The position numbers and the translations under genes were made by a program. The notes below the pieces were generated by a model. It made no database searches. It worked only from the letters and a program-made list of their open reading frames with translations, and was not told the DNA's origin. A DNA stretch of 32,000 nucleotides. Source: Methanocorpusculum sp. GTDB lineage: Archaea > Halobacteriota > Methanomicrobia > Methanomicrobiales > Methanocorpusculaceae. The stretch spans positions 98,948 through 130,947 of the forward strand of contig NZ_JAUSPQ010000004.1 in the NCBI RefSeq assembly GCF_030655665.1, written 5' to 3'. Below are positions 1-8,072 of the stretch, in pieces (the first letter of the stretch is position 1; each line of letters starts with the position of its first letter).

Positions 1-1964
1 TCTTTGAGTTCGCGGCGGATCGCACGGCCCGAACGGGACGTCCCGGTGGTGATCTTGTCGATGTCGAGAGACCCGGTCTTCGCATCGTATGCCACCTGTC
101 TCAGACAGGTATCCACGATCTTGACCACACGCTCTGCATCCTCCCGGTCGACCTCATCGGCAAGACGCACGCGGGCACTTGCTTCTGCGAGCCGGACGAG
201 TGCTTCCAGTTGTCGTGCGGTGATCGGGACCGGTTTGTCGGAGTTTTCGTAGGCGACGCTTCTAAGACTCTGATAATACTGGACAAGAACTTCCTTCGCT
301 TCCTCTTTCAAAAGAGGGAAGCAGTTACGCTTTGCGTAGGCCAGATACTTTCGGAGCATGGACGCATCGATCTCCGGCGTGACCGGAGCGAGTTCGCGTT
401 TGAAGTACTCCTCATCCGCTCCCGGGATCGGGTACTTTTTGTGCCGCATCAGTTTTTCACCGGCCGAGTGGGCCTTGATGATGTGGCGTGCGATGTTGAG
501 ATCTCTCACAGCATCCGGCTGATCCTTCATGATGAAGATGAGATCGAAACGGGAGAGAAGGGACGGCGGCATGTTGATCTGTTCGGAGATGTTGGCATAC
601 TCGTCGAATCGTCCAAGCTTCGGGTTCGCAGCGCCGAGAAGGGAACAGCGTGTCCTGAGCGTAGCATTTATGCCGGCTTTTGCGATGGAGACCGACTGCT
701 GTTCCATCGCTTCATGCAGCGAGGAACGGTCGTCTTTTTGCATCTTGTCCATCTCATCGACTGCAGCGATACCTTTGTCTGCGAGAACGAGTGCTCCGGC
801 TTCGAGCGTCCAGCGACCGTCTCCCAAATCATCTTTGACCGCAGCGGCCGTCAGACCTGCCGAGGAAGCGGATTTTCCCGATGTGTAAATACCACGGGGA
901 GCAAGTTTGATGACGTATCGAAGCAGCTGGGACTTTGCAATACCCGGGTCACCTACGAGAAGGATATGGATATCGCCGCGAAGATTTGTGCCGTCGGGCA
1001 TTTCTTTCGGGATCCCGCCGAACATCTGGAGAGCGATCGCCTCTTTGACCTCTTCGTTTCCGTAAATAGTTGGAGCGATCGACCGGGCGATCTTGCCGTA
1101 GACACCCGGATCAGAGGCCATCTCTTTGATTGCGGTCTCATCCTCCTCCGAGATGTTGACCTCTTCGAATTCCTTGATGGAGATCTCGATCGAGTTGCAT
1201 TCGAGGTAGAGATCGAAAACAGTACTCTTCTGACCGCTGACGATCCGCTGGACACTGCGTAATATCCCATTCACAATGACGCGGTCGCCCGGCGAGACTT
1301 TCCCGCAGAGATCGTCGATCTCGTCGATGTCGATGTTCTGGGGCTGCTCGCCGCCGCGTAACCCTTCGGGCGTCTCCTGCACCCGGAGTTTCTGCGAGTC
1401 GATGAAGGTCGATTTGCTCTGGACGAGCTCGAGCTTTTTCAGCGTACACTCGGCATGTCCGCACATATCAGGCTCGGAATACGAGCCGTAATCCTGCTTT
1501 TTGAAGGTGATATGACCGTTCACACAGCGGAATGCTCCGGTGACAAGTCGGGGACGGACCTCGGTGACCCGGCGCACGATTCCGTCGATGCTGAGAAATT
1601 TATTGATATCTTCTGCACGGATGTCCCTGATCTGGGTCTTTCGCGGAAGACGGATGAACCTGATATTGACTTTGCCGATGATCGTGTCGGAGATGTCGTT
1701 TCCTTCGACATCTTTTCCGGTGATGAGGTGTGAGGTCCGGATGGCGTCTTTTACATCTTCTAAGGTCTTACCCGGATGTTCGAGCAACTCGTCCGCGAGA
1801 ACGACACCTATTTTTCCGTATTTTTCGAGGACCCCATAGTCTATCTCAAGGGAACGTTCGCTTGGGTATTCACGGGAGATCTTATTGAGTTCACTTTTGT
1901 ATTTCTTTTTCAGAAACCCGGTCCACTCCTCGACCCGGTCTACGACTTCCAGTTCAACTGCCAT
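1..1964 (-). CDS. mcm: MCM replicative helicase (archaeal minichromosome maintenance protein); N-terminus at 1964, C-terminus beyond the window
   Basis: Absent from the supplied ORF track because it has no stop inside the window. Reading the minus strand from ATG 1964 (aggagg just upstream) gives an open frame down to position 3: MAVELEVVDRVEEW... It carries Walker A GDPGIAKSQ, Walker B AAVDEMDKM, SRFDLIF (arginine-finger region), and Zn-finger-like CVNGH...CGHAEC. The + strand ORFs 210..1262, 529..888 and others are antisense shadows. Confidence 0.93.
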   Translation of the reverse strand, partial: MAVELEVVDRVEEWTGFLKKKYKSELNKISREYPSERSLEIDYGVLEKYGKIGVVLADELLEHPGKTLEDVKDAIRTSHLITGKDVEGNDISDTIIGKVNIRFIRLPRKTQIRDIRAEDINKFLSIDGIVRRVTEVRPRLVTGAFRCVNGHITFKKQDYGSYSEPDMCGHAECTLKKLELVQSKSTFIDSQKLRVQETPEGLRGGEQPQNIDIDEIDDLCGKVSPGDRVIVNGILRSVQRIVSGQKSTVFDLYLECNSIEISIKEFEEVNISEEDETAIKEMASDPGVYGKIARSIAPTIYGNEEVKEAIALQMFGGIPKEMPDGTNLRGDIHILLVGDPGIAKSQLLRYVIKLAPRGIYTSGKSASSAGLTAAAVKDDLGDGRWTLEAGALVLADKGIAAVDEMDKMQKDDRSSLHEAMEQQSVSIAKAGINATLRTRCSLLGAANPKLGRFDEYANISEQINMPPSLLSRFDLIFIMKDQPDAVRDLNIARHIIKAHSAGEKLMRHKKYPIPGADEEYFKRELAPVTPEIDASMLRKYLAYAKRNCFPLLKEEAKEVLVQYYQSLRSVAYENSDKPVPITARQLEALVRLAEASARVRLADEVDREDAERVVKIVDTCLRQVAYDAKTGSLDIDKITTGTSRSGRAIRRELK

Positions 1965-2018
1965 GTTCCTCCTTATCGTTATACTTTGGCGTCGGGAGAT
2001 ATGAATATATTATGACAT

Positions 2019-2435
2019 TCAGCATTGAGTAACCAGATACGAGGCCGTGGTTTTTGAAAGAAGATCGCCGTCGACACTGCCGCGTCTGACCTCTGCTTCG
2101 GCGAAGATGATGCGTCTCCCTTTCCGGATGATCTTTGCGACGGCGAAGATCTCGTCGTCTTTTGTTCCGCGTATGAACTCTGTCGTTTCCGAGATCGTCG
2201 TGGTGCCGGACCCGGGATCGAGTTCTGCTAAAATCGCAAGCGCGATCGCTTCGTCCGCGAGGATGACGTAAAATCCTCCCTGCAGAAACCCGACGCCGTT
2301 GTGAAGTTTATCCGAGGCGTTCATTTTGAGAACGGCCGTACCGCCGCCCCATGAGACCGGGGTGATCCCAAGGGTCATGAAGGTAGGGTTCGCGGCCGCG
2401 CCTATCGATGCGATCTTTTCTGCGTATTCGTGCAT
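2019..2435 (-). CDS. Hotdog-fold thioesterase (PaaI-like)
   Basis: 138-aa ORF. The central HNGVGFLQGGFYVILADEAIALA segment and overall size match PaaI/4HBT-type thioesterases. Called by motif recall only. Confidence 0.7.
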   Translation of the reverse strand: MHEYAEKIASIGAAANPTFMTLGITPVSWGGGTAVLKMNASDKLHNGVGFLQGGFYVILADEAIALAILAELDPGSGTTTISETTEFIRGTKDDEIFAVAKIIRKGRRIIFAEAEVRRGSVDGDLLSKTTASYLVTQC

Positions 2436-2524
2436 GTGAATAGATTCTCTTTCCGGGAAAAAGAGAGTTCCGATTTTCTGCTTCGACGGACAGGTCTAAA
2501 TAGGCTACGGAATAATACTCCAGC

Positions 2525-3892
2525 ATGCAACCATCTCTCGACGTGAGAAACCCTGCCACGAATGAAGTCATCGGCACTATACATAACGCCACGCCCGATG
2601 ATGTAGACAATTTTGTGAATGCTGCCGCGGACATCCTGCCGTCCTGGGAAAAGACGGCGGCATCGAAGCGTGCCGTGATGTTTGTGAATGCCGCGGCCCT
2701 GATTAGGGCACGGGCTGACGATCTCGCCGTTCTGCTGACGACCGAGCAGGGAAAACCTCTGCGTGAGGCCAAGGACGAGATCCTCGGATCCGCTCATGTG
2801 TTCGAGTATTATGCCTCGGTCTCTGGGAGTATCCCGGGTGATGCCCGGAATCTTCCGGGATACGGGTATCTGAATGTTGTCAGAAAACCGCTCGGCATCT
2901 GTGCCGCGATCATTCCCTGGAACATGCCGGTGATGATCTTTGCCTGGAAGGTAGGGGCCGCACTCACCTGCGGGAATACCGTTCTCGCAAAACCCTCGAA
3001 GACCGCGTCCCTCACGATCCTGAAGATCGCGGAGGCCATGCATGATGGAGGTTTTCCAAAAAAAGTTCTCCAGGTCGTGACCGGATCCGGCGAAGGGACC
3101 GGTTCTGCGCTTGTCACCCACCCGGATATCCGGCACATCTCGTTTACGGGCTCGATTATGTCGGGAAAAGCAGTTTCACTTCTCGCGGCCCCGCATCTGA
3201 AAAAACTGACGCTGGAACTTGGCGGGAACGACAGTTTCATCGTGACGAAAACGGCCGATGTCGACGCCGCGGTAAAAGCAGCGGTCAGGAACCGGTTCTA
3301 CAACTGCGGGCAGGTCTGCACATCGGCAAAGCGGATACTGGTGGATGCATCGCTTGCCGATGAATTCGTCCGCAAAGCGGAGATCATGCTTTCCGGCTAC
3401 GTTGTGGGGAACGGTCTTGACAAAGTGAACATGGGCCCAATGAACAATCCGGGTCAGCTGGCAGAGATCGAGGCTTCGGTCGAGAGTATCCTCGCAAACG
3501 GCGATGCTCAGCTGGTTTACGGCGGGAAAAAACTGGACATGCCCGGAAACTTCTATGCTCCAACACTGCTGAAGAATGTGAGTCCGCTCGCGGTCTCCGA
3601 AGAGATCTTCGGGCCGGTGATGTCGGTGATCCCATTCAAGAACGCGGATGAAGCTCTGGATATTGCAAACTCAACGGTTTACGGTCTGGGCTCTTCGGTC
3701 TGGACATCGGATATCGCGACGGCCCAAAACTTCGCCGAGTCGCTGAGATGCGGGGTCGTCTGGGTGAACAAGCATCTGACCCTTCCGCCGGAGATGCCGT
3801 TTGGAGGGGTCGCAAGCTCCGGGTTCGGACGGGAAAACGGGCGGGACTTCGTGTATGAGTACACGGAGCCGAAGAGTATTTTGTTTGGGTGA
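2525..3892 (+). CDS. NAD(P)-dependent aldehyde dehydrogenase family protein
   Basis: 455-aa ORF with IPWNMP, FTGS, LELGGND and the catalytic-Cys segment FYNCGQVCTSAKR, plus PFGG near the C-terminus. These are the classical ALDH superfamily motifs. Confidence 0.9.
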   Translation: MQPSLDVRNPATNEVIGTIHNATPDDVDNFVNAAADILPSWEKTAASKRAVMFVNAAALIRARADDLAVLLTTEQGKPLREAKDEILGSAHVFEYYASVSGSIPGDARNLPGYGYLNVVRKPLGICAAIIPWNMPVMIFAWKVGAALTCGNTVLAKPSKTASLTILKIAEAMHDGGFPKKVLQVVTGSGEGTGSALVTHPDIRHISFTGSIMSGKAVSLLAAPHLKKLTLELGGNDSFIVTKTADVDAAVKAAVRNRFYNCGQVCTSAKRILVDASLADEFVRKAEIMLSGYVVGNGLDKVNMGPMNNPGQLAEIEASVESILANGDAQLVYGGKKLDMPGNFYAPTLLKNVSPLAVSEEIFGPVMSVIPFKNADEALDIANSTVYGLGSSVWTSDIATAQNFAESLRCGVVWVNKHLTLPPEMPFGGVASSGFGRENGRDFVYEYTEPKSILFG

Positions 3893-3925
3893 AGCGGGTT
3901 GGCGACGAAGTCGACGACCTCAGCG

Positions 3926-3947
3926 GAGCAAATCTTTGATTTGCGAC
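3926..3947. repeat. Dispersed hairpin element, copy 1 (gagcaaatctttgatttgcgac)
   Basis: 7-bp inverted repeat gcaaatc/gatttgc around 3 nt. It is the reverse complement of the copy at 24539..24559. Confidence 0.8.
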
Positions 3948-3987
3948 TGCGGGGAGGAGCCGACTGGCTCGCCCTCAGTTGAGGGTT

Positions 3988-4010
3988 TCCGCTTTCAGCG
4001 TCCACCCCGC
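3988..4010. repeat. 23-nt direct repeat, copy 1 (tccgctttcagcgtccaccccgc)
   Basis: Repeated at 4219..4241 with one mismatch. Preceded by the palindrome ccctcagttgaggg. Confidence 0.8.
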
Positions 4011-4101
4011 AAATCCGCGATAAGAAGGAAATGGAAATAGATCGTTGAGATTGTAAATCCGACTGGGTTTTTCCATCTCATGTTTTTCACCGGCGGGCAT
4101 C

Positions 4102-4140
4102 ACACGAAATTCACGAAAATAATACGAAAACACGAAAAAA
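4102..4140. repeat. Cluster of ACGAAA short repeats
   Basis: acgaaa occurs at 4104, 4113, 4124 and 4132. The block acgaaattcacgaaaa recurs at 4267..4282. Confidence 0.7.
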
Positions 4141-4185
4141 GAAAATCAGCTGGGTGTTGACCCCTATCTTACCCTCCCCCGTCCC

Positions 4186-4207
4186 TCGCAAGTCTATCGA
4201 CTTGCTC
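4186..4207. repeat. Dispersed hairpin element, variant copy (tcgcaagtctatcgacttgctc)
   Basis: Same tc-gcaaNtc...gaNttgc-tc frame as the other copies. The stem has a compensatory A>G / T>C change (gcaagtc/gacttgc). Confidence 0.7.
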
Positions 4208-4218
4208 GGCTGAGGTCG

Positions 4219-4241
4219 TCCGCTTTCAGCGTCCAACCCGC
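4219..4241. repeat. 23-nt direct repeat, copy 2 (tccgctttcagcgtccaacccgc)
   Basis: Matches 3988..4010 apart from one base. Confidence 0.8.
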
Positions 4242-4437
4242 CCCCACACCAAATCCACAAAAATCAACGAAATTCACGAAAAGGGGGGACAGGGGTGGGG
4301 GAATGGCAACTCTTCTTTTTTCAAAAGGAGGTGGTGTGAGCTCTTTTCTTATTCGGGGTGCGGGGAAGTGACTGCGGGCTGCCCCATAGGGGCGGCCTCA
4401 GCTGAGGCTGGGTGAGCCGATAGGCTCGCCCTCAGCG

Positions 4438-4458
4438 GAGCAAACCGAAGGTTTGCGA
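4438..4458. repeat. Dispersed hairpin element, variant copy (gagcaaaccgaaggtttgcga)
   Basis: Stem gcaaacc/ggtttgc has a compensatory T>C / A>G change relative to copy 1. It shares the upstream context cctcagcggagcaaa with copy 1. Confidence 0.75.
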
Positions 4459-4581
4459 TCCGGCGCGGAGCGTCCCGCGGTGGAGATATCTTTTTTTTTT
4501 GATTCGGAAGAGGTTTTTTTTCTCTTTTTTGCGGGAGTGTACGTCGGTTTCGTGTACAGGATTATTATGGAATCATAAGAT

Positions 4582-4772
4582 AAAACCAACCGCGAACCGC
4601 AAATCAGAGATTTGCTCTCCGACTCGCTTCGCTCGCTTGAATCGGCACGAATCTCGCCCTTCGGGCTCTCAGAATCGGATTTGCTATTCCTCACTCTCGC
4701 AATCCAGCTACGCTGTCTTGCTCCTCCCTCATCGGGAACGTTCGGGCAAATCCTGTCTCCGCCCCAGCGGCT
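4582..4772. repeat. Left arm of a long imperfect inverted repeat flanking the AT-rich cassette
   Basis: The reverse complement of 6804..6947 aligns by eye with this arm. Shared blocks are ccaaccgcgaa, cgcccttcgggc, gaatcggatttgctattcctcact, cttgctcctccctcatcggga, cgttcgggcaaatcctgtc and gcggct. The left arm has an extra ~43 nt (about 4597..4638). Confidence 0.85.
4597..4617. repeat. Dispersed hairpin element, copy inside the left arm (ccgcaaatcagagatttgctc)
   Basis: Stem gcaaatc/gatttgc. It lies in the segment that is present in the left arm but missing from the right arm. Confidence 0.75.
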
Positions 4773-6803
4773 CCCGTAAGAATAAGTTGGTACCCTTACA
4801 AATAATGGGGTGAATATTATACTTTTTTATCATTATATTTCAGAATATAGTCTAATTTATCTCTAGCCTTACTCTTCCAATTTTGATCTCTATATATCTT
4901 TTCAGATAATACATCATACTCACCTATAACCACATCACCTCGAGAATACTTCATTTTTAATTTATTGTAATTGGCAACTTCCTTCTCAGATAATTCATCA
5001 AAAAAGAAGAAATGTCCCATTTTATTACCAACCTTTGGTTTCCAGTCTTTCATTTTATTAACCAGATTTTTCATCTCTCCATCAAGATCAGTTGTCTTTG
5101 CTGAAACCTTGCATTCCCCAAAGATTACTGTGCCATCATTACGCACATAGGTTACATCAATTTCATGTTTATTTTGAGCAATATTCCAATCTAAGTTCTT
5201 TGAAGTGTCTGGACTGCGAGATAAATCATAATATGTCAGCAATTCCATTATCAATCCCCTTGCAGAATGAAGTACATCTTGTGTTGTTTCAAGCCTTTTT
5301 TGGATTTCACGAACTTTCTGATTTGCTCGCGCTATTTCTTTATCTTGGCGTTGGATGACTGAAACTGAATGTTCATTTTGGGTTGCAACATCAATTCCCA
5401 TAACATACTTTTCAAAAGTCTCTTTTTTAACCTCAAATGAAACAACATTAAGATATTGCATATATCGTTGGATATCATTATCAATCAACTGATGATAATA
5501 ACCGCCAGTTCCTGAATAATCAGTGTCGGTATCAAAAAATACAATCCAACCAGAGTAATCCATTGCAGAGCCATATCCTTCCATCAGAATTGCATAACTA
5601 TAATCATAACCCTTAAAACAGTGATGTTTGAAAATGCGAACCTGAACTTGCTCTGGGTTTTTCATTTGATTTTTTATTGTAACTGCTCCAATCAATAATG
5701 TCCTGAAAGCGATCATTCCAGAGAAAGGACCTGCTGAAGCATCGAGAAAACCCACATGATACCAAAGAAAAACTTTGTCAAGTTCTTCTTGTAATGATTT
5801 GTTAGGTATTTTATTTAGTTTATCAAAGATAGTTGAAAGCGACTCTTTTGAAAGTTTCGTATCATTTTTGAATGAATATAGATACCAGTCCTTTTCATGG
5901 TCATTATCAAGATCGAGAAAAATGTGGCCATATAAATGATCATAAATATATTGGATTTCATACCAATTTTCTGTATTATGTAAATATTTCAAACATTCTG
6001 TATCCAGTATATTTGGAAATAATTGATCTATTAAATATTCCAGAGAATAACAGTAACCACGGATTATCGTGTCCTTCGCCCCATAATCATCTGATTTGAT
6101 ATATTCCTCCCATTCAGGAGTTCCCTCTATTATTACATCCTCCTCTTTTGAGGAGTGTAATGGAGTAAATGCCTCAGCGTATGGAATCCCACTACCTCGA
6201 ATACATGAAAAATATAGCCATATAGTTCCTTCAATCAAATGTGAATATAATTCGTTTTTAGAATTAGGAAAATCAGAATAGGCATTTTCTTTGAGATGAT
6301 TAGCAAAGATATCCAGAACATTACGCTTCAAGTCGTTGAGTGGATGCCGAGATTTTGAAAAGTTTTTTGATGACTTGATCCTTTTAACATCGTAGCTCAG
6401 GATATAGAGTAAAGATGCTTTCTCACATGTGCGATCCATTTCTTCGGGAGGAACACCAGCGAACACTGCGCGATCAAAAGCAGGATCAGATGTTAATCCA
6501 AATGTTTCATCATAGCAAATTCCTTTAGCAAACCATCCCACAATTAAACCAATGCAGTATAAATAACCGGGTAAGAGTTCGTCTATATTGATATCTGGAT
6601 ATTTTTTATCTATCCACGAAGTAAATGATTTGGCATCAGAAAGAATATCATAACAACCAATTGCCCCATATATTGCATTAACTCCACGTGGACCCAATAC
6701 TAATTTTGAATCATTTTTTGTTGTAACCATATTATGTAATGTGTTGTTTAAGCAAGAGAAATAGATTTACGTTGATTGAGATTTTTTAAAAATGAAAAGT
6801 ATG
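4773..6803. other. AT-rich, foreign-looking single-gene cassette between the inverted arms
   Basis: Composition changes abruptly by eye from the GC-rich flanks to A/T-dominated sequence. It contains one long ORF plus an A/T-rich upstream region (tttttaaaaa at 6785..6794). Confidence 0.55.
4817..6730 (-). CDS. Orphan 637-aa protein with an unrecognised N-terminal ~480 aa, a short coiled-coil-like linker, and a C-terminal PD-(D/E)xK (restriction-endonuclease-like) core
   Basis: It is the only long ORF in the cassette and is AT-rich. The C-terminal pattern is LIMELL ... HEIDVTYVRNDGTVIFGECKV (D525, E539, K541; nt 5108..5167), which fits helix-E / strand-D / strand-ExK of the PD-(D/E)xK fold. 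I recognise no motif in the N-terminal part. Confidence 0.8.
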   Translation of the reverse strand: MVTTKNDSKLVLGPRGVNAIYGAIGCYDILSDAKSFTSWIDKKYPDINIDELLPGYLYCIGLIVGWFAKGICYDETFGLTSDPAFDRAVFAGVPPEEMDRTCEKASLLYILSYDVKRIKSSKNFSKSRHPLNDLKRNVLDIFANHLKENAYSDFPNSKNELYSHLIEGTIWLYFSCIRGSGIPYAEAFTPLHSSKEEDVIIEGTPEWEEYIKSDDYGAKDTIIRGYCYSLEYLIDQLFPNILDTECLKYLHNTENWYEIQYIYDHLYGHIFLDLDNDHEKDWYLYSFKNDTKLSKESLSTIFDKLNKIPNKSLQEELDKVFLWYHVGFLDASAGPFSGMIAFRTLLIGAVTIKNQMKNPEQVQVRIFKHHCFKGYDYSYAILMEGYGSAMDYSGWIVFFDTDTDYSGTGGYYHQLIDNDIQRYMQYLNVVSFEVKKETFEKYVMGIDVATQNEHSVSVIQRQDKEIARANQKVREIQKRLETTQDVLHSARGLIMELLTYYDLSRSPDTSKNLDWNIAQNKHEIDVTYVRNDGTVIFGECKVSAKTTDLDGEMKNLVNKMKDWKPKVGNKMGHFFFFDELSEKEVANYNKLKMKYSRGDVVIGEYDVLSEKIYRDQNWKSKARDKLDYILKYNDKKV

Positions 6804-6947
6804 AGCCGCCGGGGCGGCGACAGGATTTGCCCGAACGGTCCCGATGAGGGAGGAGCAAGACTGCAAAGCAGGCTTGCGATAGTGAGGAATAGCAAATCCG
6901 ATTCGCTCGCCCGAAGGGCGGATTCGCGCCGATTCGCGGTTGGTTTT
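6804..6947. repeat. Right arm of the long imperfect inverted repeat
   Basis: See the left arm. Weaker similarity continues outward (6948..~6999 vs ~4531..4581, e.g. tgtaggtcgatttcgtgtaagg vs tgtacgtcggtttcgtgtacagg). Confidence 0.85.
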
Positions 6948-7033
6948 TTCTCTTGCGTCTACGCTAATACCTTACACGAAATCGACCTACACCCCACGAG
7001 AGGCATTTTTTGGTTATCATCGCCCCACCCCCC

Positions 7034-7828
7034 TCACTCTTCCGGATCAATCCTTTCAATATTCTGAAGAATGCTCTGGGCTACAAACACCGAGACATTG
7101 TTAACGAGACCGAAACAGAGCATTTGACCATTATTTTCAAGAATTGCGATCGTTCCCTGGCGATCATGATAGAACTGCGCGAGGACTGGCAGCCTCTGTT
7201 TTTTGGAGGAAAACGGCAATTCCATCGTCGTCATAGGGATCCCGCGCTTGACCATATAACATTTGATCGGGGAGAACTTTGCCATTTTTTTATCTTTAAC
7301 GACGATGTAAACAGGTATCCGCTTTGCGGCTTCTTTGATATCGTCGGCATATCTCTGCAGGATCCGTTCATCGAAACAGAGGAGAAGAACTTCCTTGCAG
7401 GAACGTTTTAGTTCCATCCGGATCTGCGTGTCTATCGCAAGATCTGTCTGGAATTCATGAACGCCGACTATTTTCGTTCCCAGAGGGTAGCAGACATTCT
7501 GAAGTTCGGTGAGGCAGTTGGTCATGCGTTCCAGATTATTGAGAGTTTCTTTCACCAGACGAAGCGAGACTTTTTCCACCGGTTCGGCGGTGTAATAGAC
7601 CGGCTTCTCCCACGAACGAGTAATGAAGCCTTTCTGCTCGAGGATATTTAAGACATCATACACCCGGCCGCGGGGAACACCGCTGAACTCATGGATCTCG
7701 AACGCGGTAAGAATCCCGCGGCTGAAGATGGTCACATAGATCTTGGCTTCATACTCCCGCATTCCGCAGGAGATCAATTGCTCCTGGATCGACAGAAGGG
7801 GATCTTCAGGCATTCCCGCATCCGTCAT
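7034..7828 (-). CDS. TrmB-family transcriptional regulator
   Basis: The N-terminal wHTH GMREYEAKIYVTIFSRGILTAFEIHEFSGVPRGRVYDVLNILEQKGFI is typical of TrmB-like regulators. 264 aa, with an alternative start at M6. Confidence 0.8.
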   Translation of the reverse strand: MTDAGMPEDPLLSIQEQLISCGMREYEAKIYVTIFSRGILTAFEIHEFSGVPRGRVYDVLNILEQKGFITRSWEKPVYYTAEPVEKVSLRLVKETLNNLERMTNCLTELQNVCYPLGTKIVGVHEFQTDLAIDTQIRMELKRSCKEVLLLCFDERILQRYADDIKEAAKRIPVYIVVKDKKMAKFSPIKCYMVKRGIPMTTMELPFSSKKQRLPVLAQFYHDRQGTIAILENNGQMLCFGLVNNVSVFVAQSILQNIERIDPEE

Positions 7829-8072
7829 AACTGCATATCTCTTTCATACTATCTCATAAACACATTGTTTCAAGATAAAGTTTCTGTAATCAATCAGACA
7901 CCTGGTTTTGCCGACTGGACATTACGCTTGTCCCTGACATTTATTTGGTATTTCAGACAGAATTCCGGGGAATTTCCCTGAGATTCCCCACCTGGAAAAA
8001 CACCGCTCGTTCCGGTTTTAGAGTGACATTTTCTTTATCATAACCAAGGAGTAAGTATCAGCTTGATAAAAA

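Noticed and set aside
210-1262. 350-aa + strand ORF, plus other + and - ORFs between 4 and 2015
   Set aside because: They lie antisense or out of frame to an uninterrupted MCM reading frame with full helicase motifs. Their sequences are low-complexity, R/S/D-rich shadows.
2402-3136. 244-aa and 143-aa minus-strand ORFs over the aldehyde dehydrogenase
   Set aside because: These are antisense shadows of a well-supported ALDH gene.
4380-4470. GC-rich, stem-rich stretch examined as a possible tRNA
   Set aside because: I could not fit a cloverleaf (no acceptor/T-arm pairing, no GTTC-type T-loop). No tRNA or rRNA was recognised anywhere in the window.
4398-4694. 98-aa minus ORF, and the mirrored 91-aa plus ORF at 6792..7067, inside the inverted-repeat arms
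   Set aside because: They exist only because the arms are inverted copies. Indels between the arms break the protein similarity after RNSKSDS, and the sequence is low-complexity. They are treated as non-coding repeat DNA.
3893-4800. Possibility that the repeated hairpins form a CRISPR array
   Set aside because: The repeats are short (about 21 nt), occur in both orientations, vary in sequence and are irregularly spaced. No cas genes are in the window.
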